From Candidatus Dojkabacteria bacterium (GTDB lineage: Bacteria > Patescibacteriota > Dojkabacteria > B142 > JAFGMG01), in NCBI GenBank assembly GCA_016927655.1, contig JAFGMG010000001.1, positions 179,599 to 243,598 of the forward strand: 64,000 nt of DNA, written 5' to 3'. This document shows, piece by piece, positions 59,702-64,000 of the stretch. Numbering within the stretch: position 1 is the first letter of the stretch; each line of letters begins with the position of its first letter. A program made the translations under genes and the position numbers. The notes below the pieces were generated by a model. The model worked only from the letters and a program-made list of their open reading frames with translations, had not been told where the DNA came from and did no database searches.

Positions 59702-60562
59702 ATGACAGCTAAAAAACTCGGATCAGGACTTTCGTCTCTGATATCAGAAAGTACAATTGAAGAAATTGAACAAGCATACATTCCAAATTTCGATATTTCG
59801 AAAATTGATGTAAATCCCTATCAGCCAAGAATGGAGATGAAAAATGACGAGTTGCTTGAACTGGCTGATTCTATAAGAGAACATGGCGTAATTGAACCTT
59901 TGATAATTACCAAAACCAAAGACGGAGAGTATCATTTAATCGCTGGAGAAAGAAGACTTCGAGCATCAAGACTGGCGAAATTAAAAACCGTTCCAGTTGT
60001 CATTAAAGAAGCCTCACCACAACAAGTTCTAGAGCTGGCTGTCGTTGAAAACGTCCAAAGAGCAGATCTCAACCCACTTGAAGAAGGCATGGCCTATGAC
60101 CAGCTAGCCCAGGAATTCAAACTCACTCATGCAGAAATTGCAAAGAAAGTGGGGCTTTCCAGGCCTGCAATCGCAAATAAAATCAGGCTGCTCAATCTCC
60201 CAAGCGAGATTAAAAAAGGTCTGCTGGAAGGTGAAATTGACGAGGGTCATGCACGCGCCCTTCTTGGCCTAAATTCAAATGAATCCATGGTATCTGCATA
60301 TCAAATGATTGTTAAAGATCATTTAAGCGTCCGTGCAGTCGAAGAACTTGTTAGAAGATTGAGCAAAGGCCCAAGAAAACAAGTCAAAGCAACTGACAGA
60401 TTATTAGACTCCTATACTCAAGAAGTTGAGACAACTCTTCAGAACTTCTTTAGTCAAAAAACAACACTCTTCCGCTCTAGAAAAGGCGGGAAGATAGTTA
60501 TACCATTCACCAGTGATAAAGAATTAGAAGAGATTGTTAGCAAATTACGACCTTCCAGATAA
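59702..60562 (+). CDS. parB: chromosome partitioning protein ParB/Spo0J
   Basis: LGSGLSSLI, NPYQPR, LIAGERRLRA, ENVQRADLNPLEE, HTH, GHARALL, LSVRAVE. Confidence 0.95.
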   Translation: MTAKKLGSGLSSLISESTIEEIEQAYIPNFDISKIDVNPYQPRMEMKNDELLELADSIREHGVIEPLIITKTKDGEYHLIAGERRLRASRLAKLKTVPVVIKEASPQQVLELAVVENVQRADLNPLEEGMAYDQLAQEFKLTHAEIAKKVGLSRPAIANKIRLLNLPSEIKKGLLEGEIDEGHARALLGLNSNESMVSAYQMIVKDHLSVRAVEELVRRLSKGPRKQVKATDRLLDSYTQEVETTLQNFFSQKTTLFRSRKGGKIVIPFTSDKELEEIVSKLRPSR

Positions 60563-60588
60563 ATTAGCATTTTTAACGCTTAATGTTT

Positions 60589-60599
60589 TGCGTTATAAT
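60589..60599 (+). promoter_or_regulatory. extended -10 promoter element TGCGTTATAAT
   Basis: Identical to the 51148 motif, 25 nt upstream of the amidase ATG. Confidence 0.6.
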
Positions 60600-60623
60600 A
60601 ACTTCAATTGATTCAAGAAAAAT

Positions 60624-61868
60624 ATGGCACGCGTCATTATCTCAGCAGGACATACAAACGATCAGCCGGGAACCATTGCAAATGGGATACGGGAAGTTGA
60701 TCTGACTCGTAAAATCGCAGGGGAAGTGATAAAAGAACTTCGCAAAGAAGAGATTATTACATTGAGCGTTCCTCCAAATCTGGATCTTGCAAGAAGAATT
60801 TCCTGGATCAATCAAACCGGTTACACCGAAGAAGACGGAGATATTGCAATCGAAATTCATATAAACGAAGGCGGGAAAAGCGGGGTCGAAGGCTGGCATC
60901 AAGCTGATAAAAATAATTCTATTGAGCTTACCAAGGCAATTTGCGAAAGGATAAAAACAGATCTGGGCTGGGAAATTCAAGGAGTAAAAAGCGAGTATGA
61001 GCATGAGCTTGGGTCTCTGGCCTTCCTCCACAATACAAATCCGATTTCAAGTCTGATCGAATGCGGATACATTGATAATGAGGAAGATTTGAAAATTCTA
61101 AAAAGCGACGATGGGCTAAAAAAACTTGCAGGTTCAATCGCCAAAGGAATTTTGAAATATCTTGGAAAAGCAGTAAAACCCAGCACAAATACTTCTGTGA
61201 CTCAGCCAATTTCGTCAACTCCTCAACCACCGCCTGCAGCAGCTGCTCAACAGCCGCCAATAGATACAAACCAGCCAACTGCATACAATCCGCCAGTAAG
61301 CCAATATGCTCCTCCTCAAAACAACCCATATGCAAGTTCAGGCGGGTATAATCCGCCCGCAAACATAGGCATGGGTGCACAGGGTTTCGGTGGAGGGATC
61401 CAAGCAGGAGCTGGAGCAGGAGGAGGTTATATGAACCGTGAAGAACGGAAAGACATGATAAGAAATAATTACGTAAAAATCCTTGGACGGGAGCCAAATC
61501 AAGCCGATCTAAATTATTTTCTTAATCTTGGCACTTCAGAAGAACAACTTATCAAGCGGATGATTGATTCTCAAGAACATGCAGACCTGGTGAAAGCCAG
61601 GCAGGAAGTGATTAAAACAAAAGAAACGCTCTCCAAGCACACTACTGACATTCTTTATCTACGGACAAAAGTTACTGATCAGCAGGGAATTATCAAAAAC
61701 CTCAATCAGCTTCTCATTCAAAAAAACCGGGCTATTTATCAGCTCAATCTTGCTCTTCGAGGCTTCAGACAGCAAAACCCTCCTCAGACTAAGCCTCGGA
61801 AAATAAAATACAAAAAGACTTTTTCTGAAAAATTCCTCGACTATTTCAGCAACAAGCTTGGTTCTTGA
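60624..61868 (+). CDS. N-acetylmuramoyl-L-alanine amidase (Amidase_3) + P/Q/G-rich linker + DUF4214-like motif + coiled coil
   Basis: ISAGH, REVDL, EIHIN, GVE, LIECGYIDN; YVKILGREPNQADLNYF...IDSQE; no signal peptide. Confidence 0.8.
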   Translation: MARVIISAGHTNDQPGTIANGIREVDLTRKIAGEVIKELRKEEIITLSVPPNLDLARRISWINQTGYTEEDGDIAIEIHINEGGKSGVEGWHQADKNNSIELTKAICERIKTDLGWEIQGVKSEYEHELGSLAFLHNTNPISSLIECGYIDNEEDLKILKSDDGLKKLAGSIAKGILKYLGKAVKPSTNTSVTQPISSTPQPPPAAAAQQPPIDTNQPTAYNPPVSQYAPPQNNPYASSGGYNPPANIGMGAQGFGGGIQAGAGAGGGYMNREERKDMIRNNYVKILGREPNQADLNYFLNLGTSEEQLIKRMIDSQEHADLVKARQEVIKTKETLSKHTTDILYLRTKVTDQQGIIKNLNQLLIQKNRAIYQLNLALRGFRQQNPPQTKPRKIKYKKTFSEKFLDYFSNKLGS

Positions 61869-61871
61869 AAC

Positions 61872-61900
61872 TGGACTAAAATGCCTCTAACTGATATCAT
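61872..61900 (+). promoter_or_regulatory. sigma70-type promoter TGGACT-17bp-TATCAT with TGn extension
   Basis: -35 at 61872-77, -10 at 61895-900; predicted start ~61906-07 coincides with the 5' end of the long hairpin. Confidence 0.55.
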
Positions 61901-61902
61901 TA

Positions 61903-62065
61903 CATAGGTTAGTATTTGCTTGAGCTGAAAAGGGTTTGTGAGCTTTGAATCATTTGGAATTATTAGAAAAGTTTAAATTTATGAGTTCAATTATCATCAA
62001 TTTTGAACAATTTGCGAGACAATTCCTTCACCCTCTTTTTGCTTGCCCAAGCTTACTAATCAATG
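61903..62065 (+). ncRNA. rod-like structured RNA upstream of rny (6S-RNA-like or cis-regulatory leader)
   Basis: Nested pairings GGTTAGTA/TACTAATC, GCTTG/CAAGC, AGGGT/ACCCT, GGAATT/AATTCC, GTTCAA/TTGAAC across a 227-bp intergenic gap. Confidence 0.45.
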
Positions 62066-62095
62066 CAAATTAGTAATATTTATTAATTCAAATAC

Positions 62096-63637
62096 ATGGA
62101 AGTATTATTGGTACTTGTACTGATATTACTTGCTATTGCATTTGCCGGAGTCGGGGTTCTTTTTTCGAATAATAAAAATTTGACGAAGAAATTGAATGAC
62201 AAGAAAGAACTTCTGCTCGATGAAGATGAGGCAATCAAGAAAGCAAGTGATCGTGCAAAAAGCATCTTACTTGATGCTCAAAACAAAGCTCTGGAAACCT
62301 CTTCAAAAGCAAAAGAAGATGCCAGAAATCTTCTTACTGAAGTTGAAGAAAGAGAGAAACAGCTTGATACAAGAGAGAAAAAAATTCTTGAGCGATCAAA
62401 TACGCTGGATCAAAGATTTGACAGTCTTGAGAGCAAAGAGAAATCTCTCGAGCAATCAAAAAGAGACGTCAAGACTTTGCGAAATGAAATCGTCCAGAAA
62501 CTTGAAAAAGTTGCCGGTATGACCAGACAGCAGGCAGAGAAAGTTCTAAGAGAAGAACTTGAATCAGAACTTTCTGAATGGACTGCTAAAAAGATCAAAG
62601 AAGCCGAATTTGAAATTCAGGCTAAATCAGATGAAAAGAGCAAAGAAATTCTAATCGATGTTATGCAGAAAAGTGCTACTGATTATGTTGCAGAAAGTAC
62701 TTCTACAACAATTGACATTGACAATGAAGATCTAAAAGGGAAAATAATCGGTAAAGAAGGAAGAAATATCCGGACTTTTGAGAGACTTACCGGGGTTGAC
62801 TTTATCGTTGATGAAGCACCAAACCAGGTCACTCTCTCCTCTTTTGACCCAGTCAGAAGAGAGGTTGCGGCATTGACTCTTCAAAAACTTCTTAAAGATG
62901 GAAGAATTCATCCGGGAAGCATTGAACAAACGGTTAATGATGTAAAAAGACAGATCGCAAGAGAAATCAGGAAGAATGGTGAACAGCTCGCATATGAAGC
63001 AGGCTTCAACGATCTGCCACTTGAAATTATCAAACTACTTGGAAGGTTTAAATACAGATTTAGCTACGGGCAGAATCTGGCGAAACATACTCTTGAGATG
63101 ATAAAACTATCTCAACAACTGGCTTCAGAGCTTGGTGCTGATGTAAAACTCTCAAAGAAAGCCTGCCTGCTTCATGATATTGGAAAAGTTCTAACTCATG
63201 AGATCGAAGGCAAACCGCATCATCACATTTCCGGCGATATTGTCAGAAAATATTTGAAAGATGAGAAACTGGCAAACGCAGTTGAAGCACATCATGGAGA
63301 CATCGAGGCCAAATCGCTTGAAGCTGAAATTGTAAAAATCGCCGATGCAATATCTGGGGCAAGACCAGGAGCTAGGAGAAACACCTATGAAGAATATATT
63401 CAGCGGGTCAAGGCACTGGAAGATATTGCGAAACAGTACGACGAAGTTCACGAAGCTTATGCAATTCACGCAGGCCGTGAAGTAAGAGTGATCATCCAGC
63501 CAAAAGAAGCCAGCGATGAAGATACAACAACTCTAGCGCATAAAATCGCAAAGGAAATCGAAGAAACACAGAACTATCCAGGGACAGTTACAGTAACTGC
63601 GATTAGAGAATTTCGCGCCAAGGTCGATGCAAAATAG
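62096..63637 (+). CDS. rny: ribonuclease Y
   Basis: N-terminal TM, coiled coil, KH (KGKIIGKEGRNIR), HD (LLHDIGK, AHH, ADAISGARPGAR), AGREVRV, YPG. Confidence 0.96.
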   Translation: MEVLLVLVLILLAIAFAGVGVLFSNNKNLTKKLNDKKELLLDEDEAIKKASDRAKSILLDAQNKALETSSKAKEDARNLLTEVEEREKQLDTREKKILERSNTLDQRFDSLESKEKSLEQSKRDVKTLRNEIVQKLEKVAGMTRQQAEKVLREELESELSEWTAKKIKEAEFEIQAKSDEKSKEILIDVMQKSATDYVAESTSTTIDIDNEDLKGKIIGKEGRNIRTFERLTGVDFIVDEAPNQVTLSSFDPVRREVAALTLQKLLKDGRIHPGSIEQTVNDVKRQIAREIRKNGEQLAYEAGFNDLPLEIIKLLGRFKYRFSYGQNLAKHTLEMIKLSQQLASELGADVKLSKKACLLHDIGKVLTHEIEGKPHHHISGDIVRKYLKDEKLANAVEAHHGDIEAKSLEAEIVKIADAISGARPGARRNTYEEYIQRVKALEDIAKQYDEVHEAYAIHAGREVRVIIQPKEASDEDTTTLAHKIAKEIEETQNYPGTVTVTAIREFRAKVDAK

Positions 63638-63681
63638 TTTCGGAAATAAGGTTTAACTATTGGGAATTGTAGTAGATTATT

Positions 63682-63713
63682 GGGCGAAGTCTTTTGACTT
63701 CGCCCTTTTCTTT
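63682..63713 (+). terminator. intrinsic terminator after rny
   Basis: Perfect 10-bp stem GGGCGAAGTC-TTTT-GACTTCGCCC followed by TTTTCTTT. Confidence 0.9.
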
Positions 63714-63748
63714 AGAGATAATTCTTATAAATTTGGTAATACTAATAT

Positions 63749-64000
63749 ATGCAAAATCTAATAAAAAAACTCCGCAAAGAACTCTACAGCAAACCCTCGC
63801 CAGGGAAAATTTTAAATGACATGATGGACAAGAAATTGAAAGAATTCGCGAAGCAACATCGACATGATGAGGAGGCCTTATGGATAGGTTCTTACCTTGC
63901 AGATATGAAAATCACAGAAGCACTAGAAACAGGCGATATAACTAAGCATGTCCCAATGGCTTCTAAATATGCACGGCAAATATTTAAGCAATATTCTATC
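63749..64000 (+). CDS. hypothetical protein, 3'-truncated, weakly HD-domain-like
   Basis: Open frame from ATG 63749 to window end (MQNLIKKLRKELY...LWIGSYLADMK...KHVPMASKYARQIF); not in the ORF track. Confidence 0.55.
   Translation, partial: MQNLIKKLRKELYSKPSPGKILNDMMDKKLKEFAKQHRHDEEALWIGSYLADMKITEALETGDITKHVPMASKYARQIFKQYSI

Overview
AT-rich, gene-dense bacterial chromosomal segment using the standard code (TGA acts as stop). Few Shine-Dalgarno motifs, ORF6N/NYN/radC genes, a type-2 IleRS and extended -10 promoters are compatible with a Patescibacteria/CPR-type genome (inference only). Positions 1-50.3 kb are one very large mosaic cell-surface glycan locus: galE; rmlC/D/B/A interrupted by two tandem Nudix genes and an antisense ORF6N gene; a nucleotide-sugar dehydrogenase; a WecB-like epimerase; a LicC-like/TagF-like pair; many GT2/GT4 genes; wzm/wzt; several GT-C-like membrane proteins; and a self-contained rpiB-prs-UbiA-HAD-SDR pathway for a polyprenyl-phospho-pentofuranose donor. 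A secreted amidase-subtilase-repeat-propeller protein is embedded in this locus. Positions 50.3-64 kb are housekeeping genes (radC, NYN, fmt, FNR-like, cytochrome-b5-like, ileS, lepB, parA, methyltransferase, parB, amidase, rny). Most notable: a whole CYTH/triphosphate-tunnel domain inserted in the IleRS editing domain; the pentofuranose lipid-donor operon without DprE1/E2; the three-module cell-wall hydrolase; a promoter-anchored ~160-nt rod-like RNA upstream of rny; and an inverted pair of triple-GT paralogues, one broken by a single in-frame TAA and preceded by an (ATGATAA)7 start/stop microsatellite. All family calls come from motif recognition by eye; no database searches were run.
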